This document shows positions 1 through 12,350 of a stretch of DNA of 64,000 nt, piece by piece. Each line of letters begins with the position of its first letter. The first letter of the stretch is position 1. This stretch comes from Schmidtea polychroa (taxonomy: Eukaryota), in assembly GCA_044892525.1 (NCBI GenBank), contig CM097886.1, forward strand, positions 164,474,312 to 164,538,311. Direction: 5' to 3'. The position numbers and the translations under genes were made by a program. The notes under the pieces are model-generated. The model searched no databases. It saw only the letters and a list, made by a program, of their open reading frames with translations, and was not told the origin of the DNA.

Positions 1-42
1 TTAATTTAATTTATTAATATTGTTTATATTTGTTTTAATTAA

Positions 43-558
43 TTGTTATACCTGAATAAAAAATATTCAAATATAATTACATCATTAATGCTTAGCAATA
101 TAAATTATAAAGGAAAATGTTCAGTTTCTCATTTAAAGTTTCCAATGGGAAAACCACAACAAATTATCGATAGAAGTGGAAAGTACCCAATTATGTTTTT
201 CAAATCTGGTAAATGTAGAATAATGGAATGTAGGCAACCAATAAAAGTTGAAGATATACCATTTACAATAGAGGATTTTCAAATTCAATCCATTACTGTA
301 ACTGCAGACATTGGAACAAAAATTGATTTATATGATATATTAAAGAAAACTAATTCCATATATGAACCGGAAATCTTTCCAGCTTTGCGATATGTAAAGT
401 ATAATCCCTTATGCGTTAATGTGTTTGCCAGTGGTAAGATAGTCATACTAGGTATAAAAACATTGGATTATCACGATTTGGTTGAAAATATTCTTAACGA
501 AATTAGATCAATGACTGAAGAGTATGAAATCCTAAATTTCTTACTAACCATTACCTAA
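43..558 (+). CDS. Maverick-encoded compact TBP-like protein (likely start at ATG 88, 156 aa)
   Basis: Motifs LSNINY, MFFKSGKCRIM, FQIQSITVTAD, YEPEIFPALRY and NVFASGKIVILG align with the two TBP repeats (IQNIV, IFSSGKMV, IQNMVGSCD, YEPELFPGL, IFVSGKVVLTG). Confidence 0.85.
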   Translation: MLYLNKKYSNIITSLMLSNINYKGKCSVSHLKFPMGKPQQIIDRSGKYPIMFFKSGKCRIMECRQPIKVEDIPFTIEDFQIQSITVTADIGTKIDLYDILKKTNSIYEPEIFPALRYVKYNPLCVNVFASGKIVILGIKTLDYHDLVENILNEIRSMTEEYEILNFLLTIT

Positions 559-706
559 CAATATGTGTTGTATATGATTGTATATGTAAATATATGTTGT
601 AATACTAGTATATGAATTTGATTGGTTGTTGTACATGACTATGTGTTTCTTGTGTGTTTAAATATTGGTATAAATACAAGTACATTATTTATTTATTTCA
701 TTATAA

Positions 707-1046
707 ATGTTATCCCAATCAATTGATGGTAAGTTACAATTTTAATTTTAAATTTATTTTAATTTTATTTTTAGAAATAATGTATCAAGCTCTTGTTAAT
801 AAGATGATACAACTGTACACAAAAGAACTTTGTGACTTGGTGTTCTGTGCACCAGAAACAAGAAATATTCGAATTCTGGAGGCTACTGGAATCAATTTAA
901 TTTAGTATATTTCAAACTATAAGAAAAATAGAAAAAATTGGATTAAAGATGAGCCCATATGCGATTCACCATGTATGTGCTGTGGAAATTTGAGGATCGC
1001 CAGAAATAAGCTGGAATTAGCTTTCACCATAGAGAGATTGTTATAA
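707..1046 (+). pseudogene. Spliced Maverick accessory 'TGI' gene: exon 707-728, intron 729-774, exon 775-1046, one in-frame TAG at 903
   Basis: GTAAGT...TTTTAG intron of 46 nt. Spliced product is MLSQSIDEIMYQALVNKMIQL...ATGINLI*...ICDSPCMCC. Homologues at 43879-44443 and 63427-63805. Confidence 0.65.
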
Positions 1047-1150
1047 TAAATTATTTTAAATTATTGTTTTTAACTTTTTATTTTTAAAATTTAGTTATTT
1101 AGTTTAAATTTTATTTTGTTTATGTTTTATTTTGTTTATATGTTTAATTT

Positions 1151-1195
1151 ATGTAAATTTGATTGGTTGCACATGTGCCTGATTCAGTATAAATA
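1151..1195 (+). promoter_or_regulatory. Octamer-like / CCAAT (ATTGG) / TATA promoter of the SSB-like gene
   Basis: ATGTAAAT at 1151, ATTGG at 1162, TATAAATA at 1188, ATG at 1229. The 26-nt ATTGG-to-TATA spacing is repeated in Maverick-2. Confidence 0.55.
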
Positions 1196-1228
1196 AAGGT
1201 TTTTTATGATGAATGTGTGCAATTATAA

Positions 1229-1669
1229 ATGTATCTAACAAAAGGAGAAAAAATATCCAATGGTATTGAAACAGTGAAACCTACTCGAACAAAGAAAGAT
1301 TTCAAGCCTGTTCAAGTGTTCCATGACTATAAGATGTATTTCTTGGTGAATGAAATTGAGTACAAGTTATCGAAGCCTGTTACATTGACTAAAACTCAAT
1401 ATTCAAATTTACACGGAAATATATCAAAAGAGGATGTTGATTCAATCAATAAAGTTTTACAACAGATCAATTAAAAATTGAGTTGTACTGAAAACATATT
1501 CATCAATTATCGGCATACAAGATTTCATGATGCTTTTGATGAAATAGAGTTTAAAGAAACAGAGAATTGGTATATCAATATAATAATTCAAGGATATAAA
1601 TTATCCTCCAATGAAGTTATGACACCAATATGAAGGATTGATCAAGCGAGAATTTCTCTTGTATTTTAA
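1229..1669 (+). pseudogene. Maverick accessory gene, putative OB-fold ssDNA-binding protein, two in-frame stops
   Basis: Reading through TAA 1472 and TGA 1631 gives ...FHDAFDEIEFKETENWYINIIIQGY...TPI*RI, collinear with the intact ORF 43212-43625. Confidence 0.65.
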
Positions 1670-2075
1670 TGATCGAGATTTTATATAAAATAAATTTTTG
1701 TATTTTGAAAACTGTCTTTTTATTATTTAATTAAATTAATTTAAAAATTATAGCTCTGGTTAGAGAATAAATCTGTTTGCTTCAAAAGTAATTTTATAAG
1801 TAATCGAGCTTTGATTGATATAAATTATTATTATTATTTTATTATTAATATTATTTTAATATTATTATTTATGGGATTGGTGGCAAAGTGGTGAATTTAC
1901 TTTTTGATTTTTGGTTTTGAAGTTAGGTATGAGGTTCAATTCCAAGTATGGGCGACTTTTCCATCTTGCATCCTCACATAGAGTAGTCAATAGTACTTGA
2001 CTCTCACATAGACCACCTGTGACCACTAAGTATGACGACACAGTTACCATGGTCAGTATATTGAGTCATCAATAA

Positions 2076-2300
2076 GTGGTCAGTTAGTAACAGGTTTGTA
2101 TATGACGTAATTAGCACGCGAGTGGTAAATTAGTAACAATGTGTGTATTATGTAATGGACACGTGAGTGGTCAGTTAGTAACAATGTGTGTATTATGTAA
2201 AGGTCAAGGGTGAGGTCAGTTAGCAACTAAATTTATATTACGTAATAGCCACGCAAATGGTCAGTAACAACTGGGTGTGTATTACATGATCGGCCATATT
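2076..2300. repeat. About 45-bp subterminal tandem repeat (5 copies) in the Maverick TIR
   Basis: GTGGTCAGTTAGTAAC-like units start at 2076, 2122, 2167, 2212 and 2257. Confidence 0.85.
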
Positions 2301-4061
2301 AAGTAATCGTAATACCCCCTTTCGTATCTGACGGGCTCACATCCTTCTACTGTTTGTGAATATCAAGTTGTGTTCATGTCACCAAATTCTGATATGAATA
2401 GTTTCCCCGTCTTTTTTCATTTATCAATTCATGTTATTTATTATTGTAAAATTGAAAGGAAAACAATGCAAGTTCATTCATAGCATTTTCAAAACAAGAT
2501 CTTTCGCAATGATCTTTCAATTTATTCATAATCGCTTTTAAGAAGATTCATTGACATACATTGAAGGTCTTTGATCAGGTTCAATTAAATGTTACAGTTA
2601 AAATCTAAATTTTTCTTTCTGTAGAATCCTTTCAGATCAGGACTTGCAGAAGTTGAGGCAACGTAAAAAGATCATTAAAGGATGAGCAAATGATCTCGAT
2701 TCTTTAATGTTATGAAATTGAAAAACAGAAGGGAGCAATTTGGACATGTCACAATGACTGATAAAGATGGATCATTTAGAGTGGATCAAAAAAAGTATTA
2801 TGAGAAACATATTTCCCGATCAAATTCGTGTCAATTTAGCATGAGATAAGGCAATAAAAAAGAGTTGATGTTGAGATTCTGGAAATGTTAGAGAAATATT
2901 TTAATTATTAATAAAATTACACAAATAAATGATATCAATGAAATGGTAAAGCCATTTGTACAATAAAATATGAGTTCGTGTCTTTTTGGGTGATTGCAGT
3001 TGTAGGTAAAATGGGAAACAAAAGAAATCACAGCCGAATACTTTTATTTCGAATAATCTGACCAAAATTATTTGCTTTTGGAACTTTGTCAACTAGTTTT
3101 CAACTAGATATTTCACTTACCAAAGAATAAGGTTAAATAAATGTTCAATGCATTCACAACAAGATAAGATAAAAGGTTTTGGACTGTTTATTTCTTTCCC
3201 CCATATCATATGCTTAAATGAATGTTTGTATAAATGTTCTATTTAGTTGCAAAACTTACGTTGTATAAATATATGTCATGTCTGCAAGATTCTCACGTGA
3301 CCTCAGCATTATTTACTAATGTATTCGTAAACAATTCGCATTTCATACATTCAAATAATCATCAACAAAATAATGATTCCATATCACAATTTGCGCATTA
3401 TAATGGGTAAATGTTACCGATATTCCTTTCCAAATAAATATTGGAGCGTCCTAACAGCAATAATACTGCTCTCGCCACTCACCAACAGCGCTGATTACAT
3501 TTATTACGAATTGAATGGAACCATTAAAGATTCTGAATGGAATATTTCTTTACTCACCAAAATTTTCGAAGGAATAGTTTTATACGCCACCAATGCAAAT
3601 ACAAGTTTCATCATAAAATTACATTCAGATAATCGGATAGGAACAGTTACTCTAAATGAAATGGCCCCTACTAGCAGGACAATGAGTAAGTAATAATATA
3701 CTGGATATATTATTTGATCCTTCCGGTTCCAGTCAACTGTGCTATTGAACCGATCAATCATTTGACTATTTTGATCAGTTTCTATTCAAGGAGAATTAAA
3801 CTCAATTGCAGAAATGCAACGAATTCGACTTTATTAGCCTCAGATAATGAAGGTAGTTGTTTTTTATAAATAAATATAAATAATTAATATAAATAAATCT
3901 GACCCCTCTCTCCGGTTGGATTTGTGGTTTGCTGATGAAACAGCTAATGGAAGCAAGAGAAAGATATGAAAAGTTAAAAATACAAAATACTTATTACATA
4001 TAGACATAAATATTATAAGAACTTTTTTTCCAATTTCACCACTGATTATTTCTTCCATTGA

Positions 4062-4263
4062 ATTTATTTAAAAGAGAGCTTGAAGAATATAAATCAGTAA
4101 TATATCGATGTTTTTTGATACTCATGACTTTTCGGTACTGCCTTTTTCAAGTGAATTTTAAAATTTTAAAATTCACTTGAAACGGCAGTGCCAAAAAGTC
4201 ATGAGTATCAAAAACATCGATATACTGCTGATTTATATTCTTCAAGCTCTCTTTTAAATAAAT
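4062..4263. repeat. About 200-bp loopless hairpin (foldback) centred on AAAA|TTTT at 4163/4164
   Basis: ATTTATTTAAAAGAGAGCTTGAAGAATATAAATCAG... is the reverse complement of ...CTGATTTATATTCTTCAAGCTCTCTTTTAAATAAAT, with a few mismatches. Confidence 0.9.
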
Positions 4264-4403
4264 ACATATAAATATGTATTTAAAGCGATAATATTTCAAA
4301 GAAATTATAACAATTATAATTTTTTGATTATCTAAGTAAAGGTTCTCAATCACTTAAAATGTTGTATTATGCAGGTTTGTTCTACTTTGTTTATTGGTAC
4401 AAT

Positions 4404-4625
4404 TGTTAAATATGTATATCCATGTATATATGTAGTGTGATTGTGAGTGCATATTATAATAGAGATCGTTAGAGCCCAGCAGTGTCTCCTTTAAAACTTG
4501 TTCGTTGACTGGTGGGATGGTTGTATGTTGTATGTAGTGTTGTAGTAATAAATAAGTATATAATATATTACAACGAACTTAATATAAGAAATTAATTAAA
4601 CTTTACAAAATTTATTTATACAACA
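4404..4625. mobile_element. Probable solo LTR (222 bp)
   Basis: TGTT...AACA termini, near-perfect 5-bp flanking duplication ACAAT/ATAAT and an internal AATAAA. Confidence 0.45.
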
Positions 4626-4761
4626 ATAATATCAAACTTGAGTTTTAGGAGATTAAAGTCGAAATGGGAGCTCCTTTTAACTCGACTTGTAATAGTTATT
4701 CGTAGTGAAAAATCTGGATTATCAGAAAATCGAATCAAATGGAATCAAAATCGAATCAAAC

Positions 4762-7700
4762 CAGTGGCGGATTTAGATTTTGGTGCGTGGGGGCGAGGAA
4801 AATTTTCAGGAGGCGCCATAAATTATGAAGATGGTACTACTTATTTTCGCGAGTATTGAGTAAATACTAATATTATTAAAAAGCATTATATTCAGTAAAT
4901 TTATTCTAGTAAATTTATTGATGTAACAAACAAGTTTATTTATTATTTAAATTGCTTCCTGTGTGATTTCATTGAAGCAATACGATTTATATTTGATTCA
5001 AAGTCAATGTTCTCAGCCAGTTCGCGTTCTATTGAAATTAATGCTAATCCAGACGGACGTTCGTTTGTCATTGTTGATCGCAAATAAATTTTGATGATTT
5101 TCAGTCTACTGAAACTTCTTTCAGCAGTAGCAGATGTAACAGGAAGAGTCAAGTATATTTTATAAAGAATTGCCAAATTGGGAAGTCCTGGCGCCATCTG
5201 TTTTTCAACCAAGAAAGGCAGCACCTCTTTAAGTTGTAGTTCACAAGATAGTAATTGGCGTATTGATGCATACACGTATTTGAAAGTATCATATTCTAGG
5301 ATTGCTTCTTCAATATTAATATCGTTTTTGTAAATGTCGCATAAATTTTGAAAAGATTCTTTATTTTCTTCTGATATTTGTGATGGATCAAGACAGGAGA
5401 ATAAAGCAACAGTGTTATGAAAATCATTAAAACGTTCATCTAGTTGTGTTACAAGTGTATCCAAGACAGTGAAATACGTTTCACATTTGAAGCGTGTAGT
5501 TGGATCATCAACCCTTTCATCTCTGTTAAGTTCACCTGCCATGTGTTTCCTTTTTGCAACTCGCTTTTCTTTAAATTCTGTTTCAACATCTAGTAAGGAA
5601 CAATTTTTGATAATAAATGATTTTACAGCAACATTTAGACTTTCAAAAGCTTTATCACTTCTCATATCAGCAAACTTATTTCTGGCAACATAAATCAATT
5701 GTTTTGCAAACGCAATATCAATGCCCTTTCGTTGCAAATAGTTTGATAGCACAAAGATATTATCTAGCAACTTTTGTAGAAATAGCATCAAAAAAACAAA
5801 AGAATATTTTGTTATCAAAATAGATAGTCCCATAGCTTCTGCTCTGACACTTCCTTTGTGTTCTTTTGATTCCCCAAAATTTATATCTTCTAGAGTAGAT
5901 ATAATAGCGGAGAATGATCCAACAACTGCATCAACTGCATGCTTTCGGCTTGCCCATCTTGTATCAGAAAGTCGTTTTAGAGTATCTACTATCGATTCAT
6001 ATCGAGACTTCTGATGTTCTACGGAGAATATGTAGCCGTGGTAGACTTGATGTAAGGAAAGTATACAACTTTTCTGTTGTACCAAAAAACAACTGAACAT
6101 CACTGTTAAGAGACATTGCTTCAATAGTCACCAAATTCAATGCATGAGAACAACAGTGAACAAAGATGGCATTTGGTGAAAGTGTCTTTATCTTAGTTTG
6201 AAGACCATTTTTAATCCCAGACATCACAGAGGCACCATCATATGCCTGTCCTCTACAAAGTGTCAATGTTTCGCTTTTGTAACTCCGTTAATAATATATT
6301 AGAAAATGCTGCAGCATTACTGTTTTCTAAAGTGTAGAAGCCTATAAATCGTTCAACAACTTGTCCTGATTTTAACACTAATCTTAAAGAAACTGACATC
6401 TGATCAACTCTGGATATATCAATTGTTGAATCAACAATTAGAGAAAAGAATTGTGCAGACCTAACTTCATTATCAATATTTGCGGATAATTCTGAGCCAA
6501 GTGATTGAATTAGGTCATTTTGTACATCATGACATAAATAAAGTTCATTTTTCTTTTCAAACATAAGATGATTGTCCAAAGTGGAATCATATTTAGCCAA
6601 TAAAAATAGCAATTCACGAAAATTTCCAGTATTACTACACTTGTCAGAGCCAGAATGTTTTCTGTGTCCTCTAAATGGCAAACCTTGTTTTGCTAAAAAC
6701 AACGTTGCATTTACCATTCGTTTCAAAACTTCTCTATTTTTTCCACCTGATAACGCTCCTGACTAATCAAACCAGATATCACAGTTTTATCATTTGAAAT
6801 GCGATATTTAGCCAGAAAATATTGACATATTACACTTTGATGTTGATTGGAAGTTTCATGTTTAACGATTTTTTCCATGCCTTTTTTCCAGTTATAAACT
6901 CCAAAATTTGGGTCGGACCATTCCTTGCTATAATTTTCAGTTTTACAATCAGCGAATAACCAGCAAGCTTGGCAATGCATTTTTTGATTTGTTGGTGAAT
7001 AGACAAGCCAATTTCTTTCCTTCTTCATACTACCTTTTCCAAAACATTTTGTGTACCAAGAAATTTGAAACTTGCGCCCCAATTCATCTGTCGGAAATTG
7101 AAATGGTTCATTGAGTCCAGGTTGACATGGTCCGATTTCAAACAATTTTCGTATCAGTTTCGAGCTTATGCTCGTATTAATGTAGAGTCCTGGATCTGTA
7201 GGAAAGTCGGATTGAGGAAAAAGTGATTCTTGTAAAATATCTGAAGCAAGTTGTTCTTCCACTGTATCAAATTCTGAATCACCCTGATTATGTTTCAAGC
7301 CCTGAGCAGGTAATGTTACTGTCTCAGTATTCTCTGCACATGAATGTATAGCTGGGTGTTGTTCATCAACTAGAGATAGTACTTGCTCATCTTCAACAAG
7401 AACTTCAGATGATGTTTCTGTCTCAGCAGGCTCAGCACAGAAACTCGAATGATTAGATGAGTGTTGATCATCAAATACATGCTCATTTTTACCAGAAACT
7501 TCAGTTGATTGAACTACTGGCAGTTTAGACTGTTTAGTTATAAATGATGTTAACTTAATATATTTGCTAGCATCTGCCTTGAGGCTGGCTTCCTTTGCCA
7601 ATTTACGCCTAGATGATCCACTTAATTTGGTAACTGCTTTGCTTTTATTAGTGTCACCAGCTGACTCAGCCATGGCTCTAATTTAAATTTTATTTTAATT

Positions 7701-8292
7701 CAATATTGAATATTATTTTACTATTTCAATAGTAACGCAATAATTTATTTGTCAAAAAAGTCAAAATTGACAATAATTATTATGGTTAGATTTATGTACA
7801 AACACTATACAAGCTTAAAAACTTCAAACAGCCGCTCTTCACTGGAGCTATGTAATATTATTAATATGATGCAGCATAACAGTTGGAGTTGCTTAAATCC
7901 AGTTCAACTTTGTACACAGACAAAACTGTAATAAGAGAAAGGCCAGGCCGTCTGGTTAGTGGCAGTCTCAGCACTGCTGAGTAAGCAGTAATCTGCACAA
8001 CTGAAGAATATGCCTGTTGCTGTGCTGCATCAACTATGTTTAACAACATAGCAGAGTAATAGGTACAATCAATAATAATAATAATCTATAAACGGTGACT
8101 CTGAGCAGCTGTATGCTGCAGTGATAGTAGAATACATTTCAATCCATTTAGCTCTTCCAAATCAAAGATATATTAAATTGTCAGTGTCAGTGATCGGATT
8201 AATCTTAATGCTTGTACACATTCATAAAAATTATCTTTAGGATTCAACAGGCGACTCACCCCCCCCCACGCCTATAGCTAAATCCGCTACTG
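4762..8292 (-). mobile_element. hAT transposon (ZMYM1/TTF-type zinc finger, DUF4371-like class)
   Basis: TIRs CAGTGGCGGATTTAG and CTAAATCCGCTACTG. Flanks AATCAAAC/ATGGAAAC match only 5 of 8. Confidence 0.9.
4943..7673 (-). pseudogene. Frameshifted hAT transposase
   Basis: Four overlapping ORFs carry CQACWLF (zinc finger), LIVDSTIDIS, GQAYDGASVM, HCCSHALNL, SDTRW and PVTSATAERSFSRLK. Confidence 0.92.
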
Positions 8293-10473
8293 ATGGAAAC
8301 TCCTTTTGATTTGGATAATGATAAATATTTGATAATGGATAATGCAGTTTATTGGGCAATATGGTTGGAAAAGTATTCATTTTTTCTTTTATTTTAAGTG
8401 AAACTGTCTAATTTATTGAGGGAAAGAATTAAATATCGAATTCCTTTTGGTTTTTAATTATAATGGATGTACGATAAAGAACGATTTAGACTATTAAAAG
8501 ATGAAATTGAAATTTAATTTCTTTTGCTTTTAATTGTAATAGAAGATATTTTCTTCCATAAGTTTTTTGTTATCTTTCCTTATTGAATTTTTTATCTATT
8601 TATTTATTTTTCAATTCTTCTTTAGTGATAATTCACTATGGTAAATTATCGCTATATAGTTTTTTATATAGAAATTTTAAATCGCGTAAATCGTAAAAAA
8701 TGACAACTTATAACGGATCCTAATTACAAATAAAAAGAAAAATTAAAAAGATACAACAACACATTACATTGACGTTGATGGAACCAAAATTGATATTTAT
8801 CTTTGAACAGGATTAGCAACACCAAATATAAAAATATAATATGTATTTCAAACAGGTACATGTGAACTGACTGGACCGCTAGCACGTTTCCATATTATAA
8901 TTAATTTAAACAAATTTTCATATTAAAGATCATTTCAAGAATCTCCCGGTACCGAAAGATTATTACAAAGCAACGAACACGACATTCATCTGGATGGGAA
9001 ATATTGGTCCGTACGTCGGTTACAATAATGAAACATTTAATCCATTAAAATCACAATTGATTGGTTGTGTTGAATATTTCTATTTCAATAACCAACCAAT
9101 CGCATTGAAAAATCAAAACAATCAAATTTTCCCATCCTGTACCAGCCAGACTGTGACAGAACAAGTCAACAATCGGACAATGAAGTCATCCAGATCAATA
9201 AATGTGCAAATATATGATTGTTCCTTGTCGGGAATTAATGCCAACCGTTGCGATCCAATCGGTGAGGAATTTCTAAATTCAAATTAATTATTAAATTAAT
9301 TAATCAACGAATACTTTCAGAACTGCCCGTCTATAAAGATTCCAACCAATCATATCACAGATATGAGAATAATAATTATAATAAAACAATAAAAATATCC
9401 TTAGTTTGGAAGCAACTTTATTCTAAAGAATTTTGTTTGATGGAGATCAAATTGAGGTGAGATTGTGTTGGGATAAATGGATTATCATGGGCATATTCTA
9501 GAAATGGGACAATAATATTTGTTGTCAATAATATTAATGTTGTTGGCATGTACATGTACAATACTGATGCCGATACTAATCCGTCTCTCATATTATTGGA
9601 TAAAATTTCATTGGATAAAATAAATAAATTATCCATGGCATTCGGAATCTCAGAATTTATGGTCAAGGTGATTTGATGAGTATCCGGGAATTTCATTTGT
9701 TTTAATATTGTAATGGCAGATATTTAACGGGATCCAGATTCATAAATTTATTACTGATTCAATTGGCGCACCAATCAAAATCAATGTTGGAAAATCCCGT
9801 AAAAAACAAATTTGCAGAACATTTGAAGGAATTCTGAGTTTGATTATTTGCATTCTGTAATTGGTTGATGGATGTTGAAACAGGTTTCCAATACGATTCA
9901 TCAGATTTCACGAGATCCGGAAACGGAAATATGAAAGCTAAGGGTCACGGCAATAATTCAGTAGTTGTTAGTTTCATCAAACCTAACAATGTAATTCTCA
10001 TAATTGCGTATAATCTAATTAATTGAATATAAAAAGCCACGAAGTGTTTAGCTGTGTAAAAATTTCGTGCGTGACCTCGTGATTTTAGACCTGAAATGAA
10101 ATCCTAAAAATGGATATTCGTATAAATTTGTTAATGCCTGTTTATGCTGCCAAATTACTTAAATTATTACCAAAGAGTTTCTGATTCTTTTTCAGAGATA
10201 AATGGCGTAGAAATATGTTGGCGGAGATCTGTGGAATTATGTAGAAATTGTCCGCCCATGCAAATGAAGGAAATGAAATTAAATAATGTTGACCAACTGT
10301 GAAAGTATGACTAAGCCTGTTACAGAATTTATAAAAATGTAGATGTTATGAGGGTTATTTAAATGAATAAAGAATATTCAAGCCTTCTAGACTTTGAATG
10401 TTTTCAGGAATATACCAAAACTGAAAAAATTACAAAGGAAGTTAAGATTTATCCAAGATATATACCACTATAC

Positions 10474-12350
10474 CAACGGTGGGCAAATGCGGCTCTTCGT
10501 TGAGTAAACTGCGGCTCATTGATAATTGAATTTTTGATAATTGAATTTGAAAATTGAATTCGATTTTTTTATTTTGAAATTTTTTCAACTGAATTTTTAA
10601 AAAAAAATTTTTTGTTGCAATTGTATTTTCATAAATGTTAAAAATTAACGAAACATTGTTTTTCACATTTTACTGCTTTTTAAAATTATTTTGTAGTAGG
10701 CGGCGCTTTGTTATAACAACGAGAGAGAAGCAATGAAAATAAATTTAGTGAAATTTAGTGAATTTTGATTAGTTAGTATTTTTGTTTGTACAATATTGCG
10801 GTCGTTTGTATATTTTAGTATAGTTTTCTATTCGTGTTTTTTGAAAAATTTGGTAAGAAGATTTTTATGAAGCATTTTAAAATTTTAAATTAATTAAAAT
10901 TAAATTTATGTCTTTTTATTATTTTGTTTAAATTTCAGTAATATAAGTTATTCAAATTTATTATTACAATGACCTCAGAAAACATCAAAAAACGAAAATA
11001 CAAACAAGAAAATAGAACTTTTCAAGAAGAATGGACAGAAAAGTTTTTTTTTATTGACAATAATGGTAAATCGTTGTGTCTTATTTGTAAAGTTACAATT
11101 TCCAACTACAAAGTAACCAATTTACGTCAACACTATGAAGTAAGTCATCCACACTTATCAATTCAATATCCACTCAATTCAAAATTGCGAAGAGAAAAAC
11201 TTAAGTCATTGCAATCAGGGCTTCAAAACCAACAAGGACTAATGTCTTCTTTTAGTCGAGAAGATGACAGTGCCAACGAAGCTAGTTTTTTGATAGCTTG
11301 GAATATAGCTCGTGCTAAACATACATATGGAGAAGGTGAATTTATTAAGAGAAACTTGGAAGAAGTGATTAAAGTTTTGGATCCGGATAACTCAAAACTA
11401 CATAAATTGATCTCACGTATTCCTATGTCACGTCGTACAACTGCGCGTCGAATTGGCCAAATTAGCGAAAATGTTGAAAATAATTTGATGTGTGATTTAA
11501 AAAATTGTACAGCATTCAGTTTAGCTCTCGACGAGTCTACTGACATTCAGGATGTTCCACAATTAGCCGTTTTTGTCAGCTTTGTATCTTCTGACGTAAA
11601 AGTAAAGGAAGAAATTTTAGACCTAGTAGCTCTTAAAGAAACAACTCGCGGTATCGATGTCAAAACTGTGCTTGATGTAGTGATGGACAAGTTTGAATTG
11701 GCGCGTGATAAACTTGTAAGTGTTGCGACAGACTGCAATGATGGGGAAAAATCAAGGTCTCATTGGTCTTTTAAACAGAGATCCAAATATTCCTCATTTC
11801 TTATCTCTTCAATGCATAATTCATCGCGAGCATCTCATAGCGAAGTACTTTAAATACGAAAATGTGTGGAAGATTGTTTTGAAGATTGTGAATTTAATTA
11901 GAACAAATGCCAAAACACATCGTCAATTTAAAAAAATATCCACACTTAAAACAAGTTGCTTGCCGTCTAATTTCAATTTTTGGTACAACATATTGTTGTG
12001 AATCTTTGTACTCCACAATGAAGTTCGTGAAGTCGAAATATCGTTCACAGTTGACCAATCAGCATCTTACAGAATTGCTGCGAACAGCTTTAACAAAGTA
12101 TACACCAAATTTCAAAGATTTGACCAAAAGTCTTCGTTAATTCAAGAAATTTTATTACTTTTTATTAATGGATTTTTATTATATTTTATGTTTGTTACTT
12201 AAATTTTGAAATAATTGTTTTTAATAGCGTTTAAGTCTTTTTTAATCAAATTAATGAAATAAAAAAAAATATGTAGTTCACTATGGTGGCTCTTTAAAAA
12301 ATAAATTTTCGGAAAATGTCTCTCATTGAACTCATGCGTGCCCACCCTTG
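10474..12350 (+). mobile_element. Buster/Charlie-type hAT (GTF2IRD2-like), internally deleted
   Basis: TIRs CAACGGTGGGCA and TGCCCACCCTTG with a perfect 8-bp TSD CACTATAC (central TA). Confidence 0.93.
10969..12140 (+). pseudogene. GTF2IRD2/Charlie-like transposase relic
   Basis: FQEEWTEKFFF, CLIC BED finger, FSLALDESTD, HCIIHREHL-like and TTYCCESLYS motifs. Frameshifts are present and the middle is deleted. Confidence 0.88.

Larger units (their letters stand above)
1..2351 (-). mobile_element. Mirror copy of the Maverick-1 terminal region (TIR plus accessory genes)
   Basis: Reverse complement of 35813-38163; ends ...CATCCTTCTACT at 2351, i.e. AGTAG on the minus strand. Confidence 0.85.

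Noticed and set aside
2076-2300. CRISPR-like array
   Set aside because: Units are contiguous degenerate tandem repeats without unique spacers, there are no cas genes, and the context is eukaryotic.
9418-9696. 92-aa minus-strand ORF (also 28470-28748 and 55523-55801)
   Set aside because: Antisense shadow of a plus-strand exon of the LamG-like gene; the plus strand has a splice acceptor and LamG-like residues.
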